Below are positions 8,626-17,927 of a stretch of 34,720 bases of DNA, in pieces (positions within the stretch are counted from its first letter, which is position 1; each line of letters opens with the position of its first letter). The position numbers and the translations under genes were made by a program. Source of the DNA: Candidatus Caldarchaeum sp. (GTDB lineage Archaea > Thermoproteota > Nitrososphaeria_A > Caldarchaeales > Caldarchaeaceae); NCBI GenBank assembly GCA_038831915.1, contig JAWBKB010000016.1, forward strand, positions 1 through 34,720, read 5' to 3'. Under the pieces are notes generated by a model. That model had not been told where the DNA came from. It did no database searches and saw only the letters and a program-made list of their open reading frames with translations.

Positions 8626-9211
8626 GCCAAAGCCCGAGCAGTCGACGGCACGGAAAAAGCTTTCCACCCTAATGGCCATGCTTTTGTTCACGAGTCATCG
8701 GCTGCCCGGCGTGAGAGGATACGAGCTTCGACGGAAGCTGGGTAAAAACTATCTAAAAATAGTTGAAAGCCTAAACCACCGTCTAGAACCATTAGGGTTA
8801 CGCGTGAAAATCATCTTCGAAACAGCTGCTGAAAATCAGCCGTCGGAGGAGGACTATGACCGGGCTCGGTATTTTATTACATTGGCTGAGCCCTTGACTC
8901 TTTCTGACGTAGTTGCTGCGGGGTGGAGAATTGATGAGCTCGCGGTGCTGTCCGCGGCGCTCGCGTTTCTGTTTTCCCGCGGCGGTAAAGCTTCGAAGAA
9001 AGAGGTGGTGGAAATTCTCGAATCGAAGCTTCCAAAATGGCGTGTCGAATCAGCAATTGAAAAATTTGTGAGAAGAGGATACGTAGTCGACTCGGGTGAT
9101 GGAATGCTCTCGGTCGGATGGAGGGCCGTCGCTGAGGTGGACCAAAAACAACTAATAAAATCACTTACCGAGCTTCAGCAAAGCGAACAACAGTCTAACC
9201 AGCAAACATAG
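8618..9211 (+). CDS. KITE-like tandem winged-helix subunit (ScpB/Nse1/Nse3-like)
   Basis: Two predicted WH domains (LNHRLEPLGLRV; AIEKFVRRGYV) and C-terminal LSVGWRAVAEV, similar to the G.RA..E motif of Nse1/Nse3(MAGE)/MksE-type KITEs. Third gene of an overlapping operon. Confidence 0.68.
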   Translation: MSEPKPEQSTARKKLSTLMAMLLFTSHRLPGVRGYELRRKLGKNYLKIVESLNHRLEPLGLRVKIIFETAAENQPSEEDYDRARYFITLAEPLTLSDVVAAGWRIDELAVLSAALAFLFSRGGKASKKEVVEILESKLPKWRVESAIEKFVRRGYVVDSGDGMLSVGWRAVAEVDQKQLIKSLTELQQSEQQSNQQT

Positions 9212-12074
9212 CTGAAATTTTCTGTTTTTCCTTTTCGACGATGAGTTCGACCAACCCAACTCCTATAGAGTGCTCTTTTTCGAGAATCTCGGAAGCATCT
9301 TCATCATCGATGTATTTGCTCGCCAAGGTGAAAACGGCGGGTTTGCCATATTTTTCAACTAGGTCGGCTGTTTTCGTCGCCTGCCTCTTGATCATTTTTT
9401 CACGTTTATTAACGGGTTTGCCCCGTCTCGCCACAAGGCTCATAACTTCCTCTGGTTCTTCGCGGAGAACACCTAATCGAGTTGAGCCGCATGCCGGACA
9501 TTTTGGTGTTTGCTCAACTTCCTTGACTATGGTCTTCATGCACCAGTTCCAGCAATCTACGCAAACCAGCGTCAAAGGCTCGTTGTTTAACCTTCCACGC
9601 ACAGCGTTTACCACAAATCTTTGTAGACGGTCCGAAGCTATGACGTCGATGTCACTGGCATACCGGTTAACCGATAGACGTGCAAGCGGGGTCAACTCCA
9701 AATCTCTATGTATCGTGAACCCAACTCTGTTTTCAACGATTTCTCTGATGATGTTGTATGCGGTTGAGGGGTCAAAGTCCGCCACCAAACTATGGTTTAG
9801 AGCTTCCTCATAGACGACGGTGTCTTTTAGCATTTCGGCGAGCTTCATCGGGTTAATGTCAAGGATGCTGGCCTCTTTTGCAATCATGCCCATTTTACGC
9901 GCTATGTGAACCATTCTCCGTCGAAACAGGCTCGAAGATTCAATCGACTTCTTAACGATTTCCAACCATTCCTTTTCGCTGGCTAATTTCTTGATGCTTT
10001 CGGCTAAGATGTCTGCGTTTATTTCTTTTGACTTGAACACTATTCTGTAGGCGTCTTGCTGAACGGTTACTGCGGTTCCGATGGCTTCGGACACCGTGTA
10101 TGCTAACGTTCTGGCTAGGGTTCTGTTGGGTTTGAGTCCGCCGCATACATGGAGGACAAGGTATTCGGGAGTTTCTTCGAGCAAAACATGTGTGTCAGAG
10201 GGAACAGGCAGGCCACGCGACAGATGAGCAACCACTTCCCTCAACGCTTTCTCCAATAGAGACTGGTTTGTTCTGTATTCGGTGCAAAGCTTTGAAAGCT
10301 CCTCCTCCGCTTTTCCATTAGCATATGCTTCTGCGAACCTTCGCCGAATCGAGCCTACTTCCTGAGCGACTTCATAGGGCACTGGTATTTCTTCGCCTAC
10401 CCATGATGGAACAGCTCCTTCCAAGCTGTCTAAAGCCGCGACGTAAATTCTTTCGCCACCAGTCTGGATTATTTCCCACGCCTTACCCATCAGGATGAAT
10501 CGGGTTCCCGGCTCTCCGTATTCGGCCACGAATTCCTCGTCAAGGATGCCGACCGCTTCACCCGTCGATTCGTTGACCACGAGGTATTGTTTTTCTTCAG
10601 GGATCATGGTGAGGTTGTTGAAGTAATAGTTGTAGAGGTTGGTTTTCTGCGGTGGCACTTCTAATGTGCCGTCGGTGTTCAAAACGGCGGCGCCAAGTTT
10701 CTCAAGGTGTTGAGCTGTCTTTACAAGCTGTTCTTTTGAAAGGTTTCTGAAACAATGGGACCGGCGAAAAACCCTCAGCACATAATCCAGATTCGTCTGC
10801 TTCCTTTCTATTAGAAAACCAGCCAACTGGTGAGCCAGAACATCGTAGCTGTTTTCAAATAATTCAACTTGTTCAATCATGTCGTTGTAGGCTCTTCTCG
10901 CGATGACAAGTGCTTCCAATGCGTCATCGGAATCGGTCACGATGATTACTCCTTTGGCCGTGCCTGAAACTGTGTGCCCGCTTCGGCCGACTCTTTGGAC
11001 GAGACGTGTGACTTCTCTCGGCGAGTTGTACTGGATGCAGAGTTCTATACGTCCCACGTCGATGCCCATTTCCAAGGATGACGTGCAGACAACTCCGGAA
11101 AGTCCGCCTGTTTTGAGTGCCTGTTCTGCGCCGATGCGAGTCGTCTTAGAAAGGCTTCCGTGATGAATACCGATAGGAGCTGATTCATCCCATGCTCTGA
11201 AGCGGTTTGTGAGGATTTCTGCAAGGGGCCTTGTGTTTGTAAAAACGAGAGTCGATTCGTGGCTTTCAACGAGTTTTCTTATGAGATTCATTCTTGCCGC
11301 TACTTCTGGATGAACTAACAGCTTTTCGGCTAGCTGAAAATCTTCGTCGACAGGTGTCGGAAATTCAACAAATATTTGGAGAGATTTCACCACGGGCACT
11401 CTAACGATGGAGCATGACCTGTCGACTCCGACCAGAAAAGACGCAATTGTCTCTGGGCTTCCTACTGTCGCAGATAAACCGATTCTCTGGAAATCTATGC
11501 CGCAAAGCTCCGTCAATCTTTCAAGAGCTATGCTAAGCTGGCTTCCGCGTTTGTCTCCAGCGAGTTCATGAACTTCGTCTATAACAACCGCTTCAACGCG
11601 TTTAAGATGCTGGCGCAAAAGCTTGGCGGTGAGGAGGATTTGAAGTGTCTCGGGTGTTGTGATTAGTATGGTTGGCGGCAGCAGCGACTGTGTTCTTCTT
11701 TCACGGACGCCTGTGTCACCATGTCTTACACCCACCGTCATGTCAAATCTGCTCGCCCACCATTCAATTCTTTCTAAAAGGTCTCTGTTCAGCGCTCTCA
11801 GAGGGGTGATGTAAAGAATCTTGACCCCTTCAAATTCGCCTTTTACCAACAAGCGGTTAATGAGAGGAATTAGAGCGGCCTCAGTTTTTCCCGTGCCTGT
11901 GGGGGCCATCAACAACAAGTTTTCTCCGTTCAAGATTCTTGGGATGGTCTTGATTTGCGGCTCGGTGAAGCTTCCGAATTTCTCCAACACAGCGTCTCTG
12001 ACTGGTCTCGCTAATAACGTCAAGACATCCTTTTCTTCAAATGGAAACCCCGCTGAATTATTCAACTGGTTCAA
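9195..12074 (-). CDS. lhr: Lhr-family SF2 helicase
   Basis: APTGTGKT, YITPLRALNRD, ILITTPETL, DEVH, IGLSATV, HHGSLS, LEMGIDVG, QRVGRSGH, PSWVGE, and a C-terminal Zn ribbon (CVDC..CPAC). Confidence 0.93.
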   Translation of the reverse strand: MNQLNNSAGFPFEEKDVLTLLARPVRDAVLEKFGSFTEPQIKTIPRILNGENLLLMAPTGTGKTEAALIPLINRLLVKGEFEGVKILYITPLRALNRDLLERIEWWASRFDMTVGVRHGDTGVRERRTQSLLPPTILITTPETLQILLTAKLLRQHLKRVEAVVIDEVHELAGDKRGSQLSIALERLTELCGIDFQRIGLSATVGSPETIASFLVGVDRSCSIVRVPVVKSLQIFVEFPTPVDEDFQLAEKLLVHPEVAARMNLIRKLVESHESTLVFTNTRPLAEILTNRFRAWDESAPIGIHHGSLSKTTRIGAEQALKTGGLSGVVCTSSLEMGIDVGRIELCIQYNSPREVTRLVQRVGRSGHTVSGTAKGVIIVTDSDDALEALVIARRAYNDMIEQVELFENSYDVLAHQLAGFLIERKQTNLDYVLRVFRRSHCFRNLSKEQLVKTAQHLEKLGAAVLNTDGTLEVPPQKTNLYNYYFNNLTMIPEEKQYLVVNESTGEAVGILDEEFVAEYGEPGTRFILMGKAWEIIQTGGERIYVAALDSLEGAVPSWVGEEIPVPYEVAQEVGSIRRRFAEAYANGKAEEELSKLCTEYRTNQSLLEKALREVVAHLSRGLPVPSDTHVLLEETPEYLVLHVCGGLKPNRTLARTLAYTVSEAIGTAVTVQQDAYRIVFKSKEINADILAESIKKLASEKEWLEIVKKSIESSSLFRRRMVHIARKMGMIAKEASILDINPMKLAEMLKDTVVYEEALNHSLVADFDPSTAYNIIREIVENRVGFTIHRDLELTPLARLSVNRYASDIDVIASDRLQRFVVNAVRGRLNNEPLTLVCVDCWNWCMKTIVKEVEQTPKCPACGSTRLGVLREEPEEVMSLVARRGKPVNKREKMIKRQATKTADLVEKYGKPAVFTLASKYIDDEDASEILEKEHSIGVGLVELIVEKEKQKISAMFAG

Positions 12075-12615
12075 CCAGCTTAGCGCCGCACATCGGACAG
12101 AAAATAGATTCAGAAGGGATAACGTTCTGACAGAATTTGCAAACTTTCATGGCTTGCTCCATCTGCACGGGGACTGTGGCAGACGTCTTCTTAGTAGTTT
12201 CTTCAACCTCTGCCGGCTGGGCAAATTGCTCGGTAACCTGTAAACTTACTTCTTCTGGTTTAGGCTTTGCGGCGAACATGCGTCCAGAAACGTATCCAAA
12301 CCCGGCCGTCAGCAACGCTGTTCCGCCGATTATTAGAAGTCTTATCGTCGGAAGGTCGGACGGAATAGGAGACGGGCTCCATAAAAAGAACCCGAGAAAG
12401 TAGGCAGAAAAAAATGACGCAACCGCTCCAACTAAAACGGCTAAGGCGGCTGTGGCCGCTGAGCCGACGACAAACCCCGTCGCCAAAGCTGTCGCGGTCA
12501 CAGACAAAACGACTGGCTGGATAGGGTTTTCAACAAGTTGTTCAACGTATTGAAGCAGGAAATTTAGTCCATATGCTATGACCGCGCCTGCCAGAAACCT
12601 CGCCAGGGTTCCCAT
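12058..12615 (-). CDS. Membrane protein (about 4 TM) with C-terminal zinc ribbon
   Basis: Hydrophobic N-terminal ~115 aa, a polar linker, then CKFC-x10-CPMCGAKL. Overlaps the lhr start. Confidence 0.8.
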   Translation of the reverse strand: MGTLARFLAGAVIAYGLNFLLQYVEQLVENPIQPVVLSVTATALATGFVVGSAATAALAVLVGAVASFFSAYFLGFFLWSPSPIPSDLPTIRLLIIGGTALLTAGFGYVSGRMFAAKPKPEEVSLQVTEQFAQPAEVEETTKKTSATVPVQMEQAMKVCKFCQNVIPSESIFCPMCGAKLVEPVE

Positions 12616-12676
12616 CTCAACCGTCCTATTTTTTCGACACGATTATAAAAAGGATATGTTGTTGATTTTCGGCTAA

Positions 12677-13882
12677 TCAGTCAACATCCATTCCGAAAGT
12701 GGTTTTGAGCATCTGTCGAAGGATGACGAGCTTTTGAATGTCGTTGGCGCCTTCGTAAATTTTGAAAACCTGCGAATCTCGGAGAAACCTTTCAACAAGG
12801 CCGTCTGTCGCCACACCTATGCCGCCGTGAACTGTAATCGCTTTCAAAGCAGCCTGCTCCGCAACCTCGGTCGCGAATAATTTGGCCATGGACGCTGCCA
12901 TAACGGCTTCGGGCTTGTTTCTATTTGCCATGGTTGCTGCCCAGTAAACCATCAGACGGGCAGCTTCGAGCATAGTCAGCATTTCGCTTACATGGAACTG
13001 GACGGCTTGGAAATAGATGAGAGGCTTTTCGAACACTCTTCGCTGAAGCGAATACTGGAGCGTTTTCTCCAAGCATGCCTGAGCGACGCCGACAGCTTGG
13101 GCCGCAACGCCGATTCTCCCATGGTCGTAAGTGTCCATCGCGATTTTGAAGCCTTTCCCAACTTCTCCAACAACGTTTTCATCTCGGACATATACGTTGT
13201 CTAGTATCACTTCGCTCGGCTGGCTGCCGCGTATTCCGATGACTTCGATTTTTTCACCAACCCGGAAGCCTGGAGTATCGCGTTCGACGATGAAAAAGGT
13301 CAGCCCAAGGTGACGTTCTTTGCGGCTCGGAGGCGGAGACGTTCTGGCCAATACCACGAAGTAGTCTGCTTTGTCTGCTCCGGAAATGAAATATTTCCGG
13401 CCGTTTATCACCCATCCTCCATCGGTTTTTTTAGCGGTTGTTTCGATGCCTGCGACATCGGTTCCTGCTCCGGGCTCAGTGGTGGCATGTGCGGCGTGTT
13501 TTTCGCCTCTAGCAATTGGGGGGAGATATTTTTTCCTCTGCTCCTCCGTGCCATAAACAATAACGGGATAGGTGAAGAGAGAATGGACAAGCGTCGACAC
13601 CGTGAAAGCAGGACAAATTCTTGAAACCTCCTCCACGAACAAAGCACTGTACATCATGTCGATTCCTTGGCCGCCGTATTCTTCGGGGATACCGAGACCA
13701 AGATATCCTTGGGCGGCTGCTTTCACCATTAACGAAGTAGGAATAGTGTTCGTCTTCTCGATTTCTTTAACTAATGGCTCGATTTCCCTCTCGGCAAAAG
13801 AACGAACTGATTTTCGGAAGATTTCGTATTCCTCCTTCATTTCGATGGAGAAATTAATGACTGATGGAAACGGGAAAACCAT
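12677..13882 (-). CDS. Acyl-CoA dehydrogenase
   Basis: IPEEYGGQG, TEPGAGTD, INGRKYFISG, GRIGVAAQAVG, and IYEGANDIQ with the catalytic Glu. Confidence 0.95.
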   Translation of the reverse strand: MVFPFPSVINFSIEMKEEYEIFRKSVRSFAEREIEPLVKEIEKTNTIPTSLMVKAAAQGYLGLGIPEEYGGQGIDMMYSALFVEEVSRICPAFTVSTLVHSLFTYPVIVYGTEEQRKKYLPPIARGEKHAAHATTEPGAGTDVAGIETTAKKTDGGWVINGRKYFISGADKADYFVVLARTSPPPSRKERHLGLTFFIVERDTPGFRVGEKIEVIGIRGSQPSEVILDNVYVRDENVVGEVGKGFKIAMDTYDHGRIGVAAQAVGVAQACLEKTLQYSLQRRVFEKPLIYFQAVQFHVSEMLTMLEAARLMVYWAATMANRNKPEAVMAASMAKLFATEVAEQAALKAITVHGGIGVATDGLVERFLRDSQVFKIYEGANDIQKLVILRQMLKTTFGMDVD

Positions 13883-13929
13883 GTGAGTAATAGGTATTTC
13901 TCAAATTTAAAGAAAATATAGCTGAAAGT

Positions 13930-14310
13930 TTATTTCGGCATCGACGCTGCTCTTCGGGCCCTCACCGCGATTATGCTGGCGACCACGCCGAGTAGAAACA
14001 AGATGTAGGCGGTTCCTCGATGACTTTCGGAAAGAATACGATACGGTATGTCGAATCTTATCCAACCGTACAGACCCATCCCCATGACGGCTTGAGCAAC
14101 TGTTATGGCTAAAATAGCGGCGGTTATGGCTGCAAGCCTTTTGTTATTACGGTTGACGGCTAAATAGCCTGCCGCGATGACCAATCCGAGCAGACCGATA
14201 GTGGCGTGGACGTCTCGCAAAGCGCCTGCGGCTAGACCTGATTCGCCTAGAAAAATTTGGACAATTACCCCTAATCCGACAATCGCACCCAAAACAGCTC
14301 TCGTATTCAC
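13930..14310 (-). CDS. 4-TM membrane protein with two His residues at helix starts
   Basis: Four hydrophobic segments and a repeated Q..(L/M)G...H pattern (VQIFLG..VHATI; AQAVMG..SHRGT). Confidence 0.75.
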   Translation of the reverse strand: MNTRAVLGAIVGLGVIVQIFLGESGLAAGALRDVHATIGLLGLVIAAGYLAVNRNNKRLAAITAAILAITVAQAVMGMGLYGWIRFDIPYRILSESHRGTAYILFLLGVVASIIAVRARRAASMPK

Positions 14311-14352
14311 GTAGCGGGGAAAAGAAAAGGTGGGTAAAAAACTCTATTTCAT

Positions 14353-15987
14353 TTAAAATTCAGGAGTTTCGGTTTCGCCTTCCTTCTTCTTGTCTTTCTC
14401 CTCTTTCTTTCGGGACGCTGCAACAACGTCGTCTATCCTTAGAACCATCGAAGCTGCTTCGAAGCTCGACCTCAGGGCATGTATCTTGACCTTGGCAGGC
14501 TCGATGACGCCGTTTTTCACCATGTCGGCAACTCCTCCGCCGAAGATGTTGACACCGATTGTTTTTCCGTTGTTTTCATGAGAGTGTCGTAGTTGGGCCA
14601 TGATTTCGACGGGTTCGAGCCCTGCGTTTTCGGCCAGGGTCCTTGGAATCGCTTCAACGGCGTCTGCAAAAGCTAGGAAAGCCAGTTGTTCTTTTCCTGA
14701 AAGTTTTCCGGAAGCAAGACGTATCTGTCGGGCGACTTCTTCTTCGATGGCCCCACCGCCAGGCACGACACGAGCGTCGTCGACCAAGTCTATCATGTTC
14801 ATGATTGCGTCGTTTAGAGCTCGTTCAGCTTCGTCGAGCTGGCGTTCAAGGCCGGCGCGGAGCAGAACAGCGACCGATTTCGGGTTTTCGCATTTCTCCA
14901 CGAAAACCATCCTGTCCTCGCCGATTTTTCTTTCTTCAATCAGTCCAGCTTTGCCTAGGTCTTTAGTTGAAAGGTCTTCGAAGTTGGTGACGATTCGTCC
15001 GCCGGTCGCCTTTGCCAACTTCTCCATATCGCTTTTCTTGACCCTCCTAACCGCCAAAATTCCCTCTTTTGCGAGGAAGAACTGAGCAGCGTCGTCTATG
15101 CCTTTCTGGCAGAAAACAACGTTGGCGCCGACGGCCTTAACTTTGTCCACCATCCCCTTCAGAATGTTGGTTTCCTCATCAAGGAATTCCTTGATCTTTA
15201 AGGGGTCGCGGATTCTGATTTCGGCGCTGAACTCAGTTTTTTCAATTTCGAATGGGCTGTCAATCAAAGCTATTCTAGCGTTTTCCACGCGCTTCGGCAT
15301 CGCGGCGTGGACGACCTCTTTGTCCACGATAACTCCCTTAACAAGCTCTGTCTCGTTCAAGCTTTTGCCGATCTTTTTGACGATTTGAATGTCGTCTTTG
15401 TCCGCGCGGAGCTTACCGTTGGTTTCCTTGACGACGTTAAGAACAGCATCGATGGCGATGTCCACGAGCTTGTCGAGGGCGAAGCCAAGGGATTTGCTGC
15501 CCAAAGCTGTAGTGATTACCTTGCGTAAGGTTTCACGGTCTTTCAAATCGATTTTTATAGCGTTTTGGTCAATGACAGATAACGCAGTGTCGAGGGCTTT
15601 CTTGTACCCCGAAATTATGGTGCTGGCGTGAATCTTCTGCTCGATTAATTCCTCAGCTTTTCTCAGCAACTCCCCGGCCAAAATGACCGCGGTGGTGGTT
15701 CCGTCTCCAACGACATGGTCCTGAGATTTCGCCACCTCGATAATCATTTTTGCGGCCGGATGTTCGACGTCGATTTTCTCAAGAATGGTCGCTCCATCAT
15801 TGGTAACGATGACATCGCCGATGTTGTCGACGAGCAGCTTGTCCATGCCTTTAGGGCCGAGCGTAGTCCTCACCATTTCGGCGATTATTTTCGCGGCTGC
15901 GATGTTGTTTCGCTGCGCAGAACGGCCCTGCGTACGCGTCGTGCCCTCCTTCAGAATAATAACTGGTTGGCCTGGAGCCAACGACAT
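14353..15987 (-). CDS. Thermosome subunit (group II chaperonin)
   Basis: [44 protein letters not shown] and LRIDDV motifs. Alpha versus beta subunit not resolved. Confidence 0.97.
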   Translation of the reverse strand: MSLAPGQPVIILKEGTTRTQGRSAQRNNIAAAKIIAEMVRTTLGPKGMDKLLVDNIGDVIVTNDGATILEKIDVEHPAAKMIIEVAKSQDHVVGDGTTTAVILAGELLRKAEELIEQKIHASTIISGYKKALDTALSVIDQNAIKIDLKDRETLRKVITTALGSKSLGFALDKLVDIAIDAVLNVVKETNGKLRADKDDIQIVKKIGKSLNETELVKGVIVDKEVVHAAMPKRVENARIALIDSPFEIEKTEFSAEIRIRDPLKIKEFLDEETNILKGMVDKVKAVGANVVFCQKGIDDAAQFFLAKEGILAVRRVKKSDMEKLAKATGGRIVTNFEDLSTKDLGKAGLIEERKIGEDRMVFVEKCENPKSVAVLLRAGLERQLDEAERALNDAIMNMIDLVDDARVVPGGGAIEEEVARQIRLASGKLSGKEQLAFLAFADAVEAIPRTLAENAGLEPVEIMAQLRHSHENNGKTIGVNIFGGGVADMVKNGVIEPAKVKIHALRSSFEAASMVLRIDDVVAASRKKEEKDKKKEGETETPEF

Positions 15988-16033
15988 ATTACATCAACCT
16001 CTAACCCGTTGAAACTTGAGCAATAATTTAAAG

Positions 16034-16273
16034 CTATCCAACTGGCAAGTTTCTCAAAACAGTTTTAGCGGCTCTTTCCACATCTTCTTTCTTGACGGTA
16101 CGTCGTCCAGCGTATTGAGCAAGTTCAAACGCTTCTTTCGCGATCAAGGCCCCCACCGACTCCAGAATTCGCCTCAGTTCGTCAGCGGCGTCTTCACTGA
16201 CCCTCGCCGCGCCCGCTTTTTTTATAATTCGGTGAATCGGCGCCGATGGAATTTCAAGCTGCTTCTCCGACAT
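16034..16273 (-). CDS. Archaeal histone (HMf-like), variant
   Basis: IPSAPIHRIIKKAGAARVSEDA...LAQYAGRRTVKKEDV aligns to the HMfB fold. Confidence 0.95.
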   Translation of the reverse strand: MSEKQLEIPSAPIHRIIKKAGAARVSEDAADELRRILESVGALIAKEAFELAQYAGRRTVKKEDVERAAKTVLRNLPVG

Positions 16274-16455
16274 CATCCGTAATGTCAGAAAGCCTACTTA
16301 AAACTGTTAAACCCGATTTAAGCTCTGATCGTGGAAATGCCTTACCCTCAGTTTTTCCGCTCTTACGCAGCTATTTATGAGGGTATTTAGCCTCAAATGG
16401 TTTTTGTGTAGGGTTTGGCAAGTTTTATTAAGCCGATTTGCGGCATAATTCCGGA

Positions 16456-17298
16456 TTGGCGACAACAAGAATCGAATGTCCGAACTGTCATAGGCTGACG
16501 ATCAAAGGAAAATTCTGCATCTACTGTGGATACACATTGGAGCAGCCAGCCGAACAGCCTAAGCCGATTGTTGAAGAAGCCGAGTCAATCGCAGCTCCTT
16601 CCACGCAGGAAGTTGCCGTCGAAGCGGTTGAGCAACAAGTGACATCCATGCCTTCGCCTGAGGAAGTAGCCGTTGAGGAGAAAAGACTCGTTGACCAGAT
16701 GTCGACGGTCTACCTTTGGTATTTCCGTTTAATTGATTTGTTTTTGGAGAAGGAGGCCGATCCCGAAGTTTTCCAAGAGCTTTTCGACGAATACCGGTCG
16801 CGTCTGAGAACACTTGATGAAAGACGTGAAGCTGAAATCAAGAAGGTCGAGGAAAAGATCAACTCTTTAACTGCTTCGCTTGAGAAGTTGAAGGTCAAAC
16901 ATGAAGTTGGGGAAATTCCGGACCGGCAGTACATTACTCAAAAGCTTGAGATTGAGCGGGAGATTGGAAAGCTTCGGCCCAAGCTGATGTATCTGAGAAA
17001 CCCGTTCAACATTCGGTTGGGTGACCTGCCTACTTTCAAGGCTCAGCTGGAGGAGAGACTGGCGAAGGTTAAGACGAGCGGCTTAGAGCTTGGTATGAAG
17101 CCTGAAGTTATTCAGATGTTTGAACAGGATGTTCAGCAAAGTCTAAAAGTGTTGGAGGTCTTGATGGAGCAGCATCAGAAGATCAAGAAGGAGTTAAATA
17201 AACTTGAGCTGCGTTACAAAATCGGTGAGCTTAAGCAGAGCGAATATCTCTCGTTGAAACAGAAGCTGGAAAGACAATTGGAGCTACGCGGTGGGTAG
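16456..17298 (+). CDS. Zinc-ribbon plus CdvA-like coiled-coil protein
   Basis: CPNC..CIYC N-terminus, an acidic/Pro linker, then coiled coils with repeated 'GEI...Y' turns (KHEVGEIPDRQY, RYKIGELKQSEY) resembling the CdvA coiled-coil region. TATA-like TTTTATTA at 16423-16430. Start taken at TTG16456. Confidence 0.7.
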   Translation: MATTRIECPNCHRLTIKGKFCIYCGYTLEQPAEQPKPIVEEAESIAAPSTQEVAVEAVEQQVTSMPSPEEVAVEEKRLVDQMSTVYLWYFRLIDLFLEKEADPEVFQELFDEYRSRLRTLDERREAEIKKVEEKINSLTASLEKLKVKHEVGEIPDRQYITQKLEIEREIGKLRPKLMYLRNPFNIRLGDLPTFKAQLEERLAKVKTSGLELGMKPEVIQMFEQDVQQSLKVLEVLMEQHQKIKKELNKLELRYKIGELKQSEYLSLKQKLERQLELRGG

Positions 17299-17328
17299 AT
17301 ATTTAACATCGAACAGCATCCATTAGCC

Positions 17329-17925
17329 GTGATAGCGGTAGTTACGGCTCTACCTGGCTCAGGTAAAACAACGACTTTAAAAAAATTCGTCGAAATCATG
17401 CCGGACATGTCTGTGGTTAACTATGGTGACCTGATGTTTGAAGAAGCTAAGAAAAATTACGGCATCGTTCATCGTGACGAAATGAGGGAAAGACTCGGGT
17501 TGAGAGATTATCAACGGCTTCAACGCCTTGCCGCTGAAAAAATATCCGCGATGAAAAACGTCGTGGTAGATACTCATTCAGTCATCAAAACCCCGTTTGG
17601 CTATTACCCAGGTCTCCCAGGCGAAGCTGTCCGAATCATGTCACCCGAATTGATAGTGTTCATCGAATGTAGGTCCGAAGATATCTTGAATCGACGGCTT
17701 AAGGATTTGACGAGCGGTGTCGACAGGAAACGCGAAACATCATCACTCGAGGAGATAGAACGTGACCAACAAGTGGGGAAACAATTTGTCGTTGCTGCCG
17801 CGAACGCAGCCTCATGCTATTTGAAAATCGTATCTTTAACATATCCAGAATCTAGGCCTTTCGAACACGCAGAAGTAGCTGCAGAACAAATAGCCACGGC
17901 GATAAAAAACATCATGAAAAAGTAG
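17329..17925 (+). CDS. adkA: Adenylate kinase, archaeal type
   Basis: P-loop LPGSGKTT, VNYGDLM, HRDEMR, VDTH..IKTP.GYYPGLP. Confidence 0.93.
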   Translation: MIAVVTALPGSGKTTTLKKFVEIMPDMSVVNYGDLMFEEAKKNYGIVHRDEMRERLGLRDYQRLQRLAAEKISAMKNVVVDTHSVIKTPFGYYPGLPGEAVRIMSPELIVFIECRSEDILNRRLKDLTSGVDRKRETSSLEEIERDQQVGKQFVVAAANAASCYLKIVSLTYPESRPFEHAEVAAEQIATAIKNIMKK

Positions 17926-17927
17926 GT

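Noticed and set aside
6129-9211. Wadjet/MksBEFG anti-plasmid system
   Set aside because: There is no JetD/MksG TOPRIM nuclease gene. The order is SMC-kleisin-KITE rather than jetA-B-C-D, the SMC is far shorter than JetC, and the context is housekeeping rather than a defence island.
14390-16026. Long antisense ORFs over the thermosome, and similar ones over lhr, acyl-CoA dehydrogenase and aroC
   Set aside because: These Ser/Thr-rich frames mirror the codon usage of well-supported genes on the opposite strand and carry no motifs.
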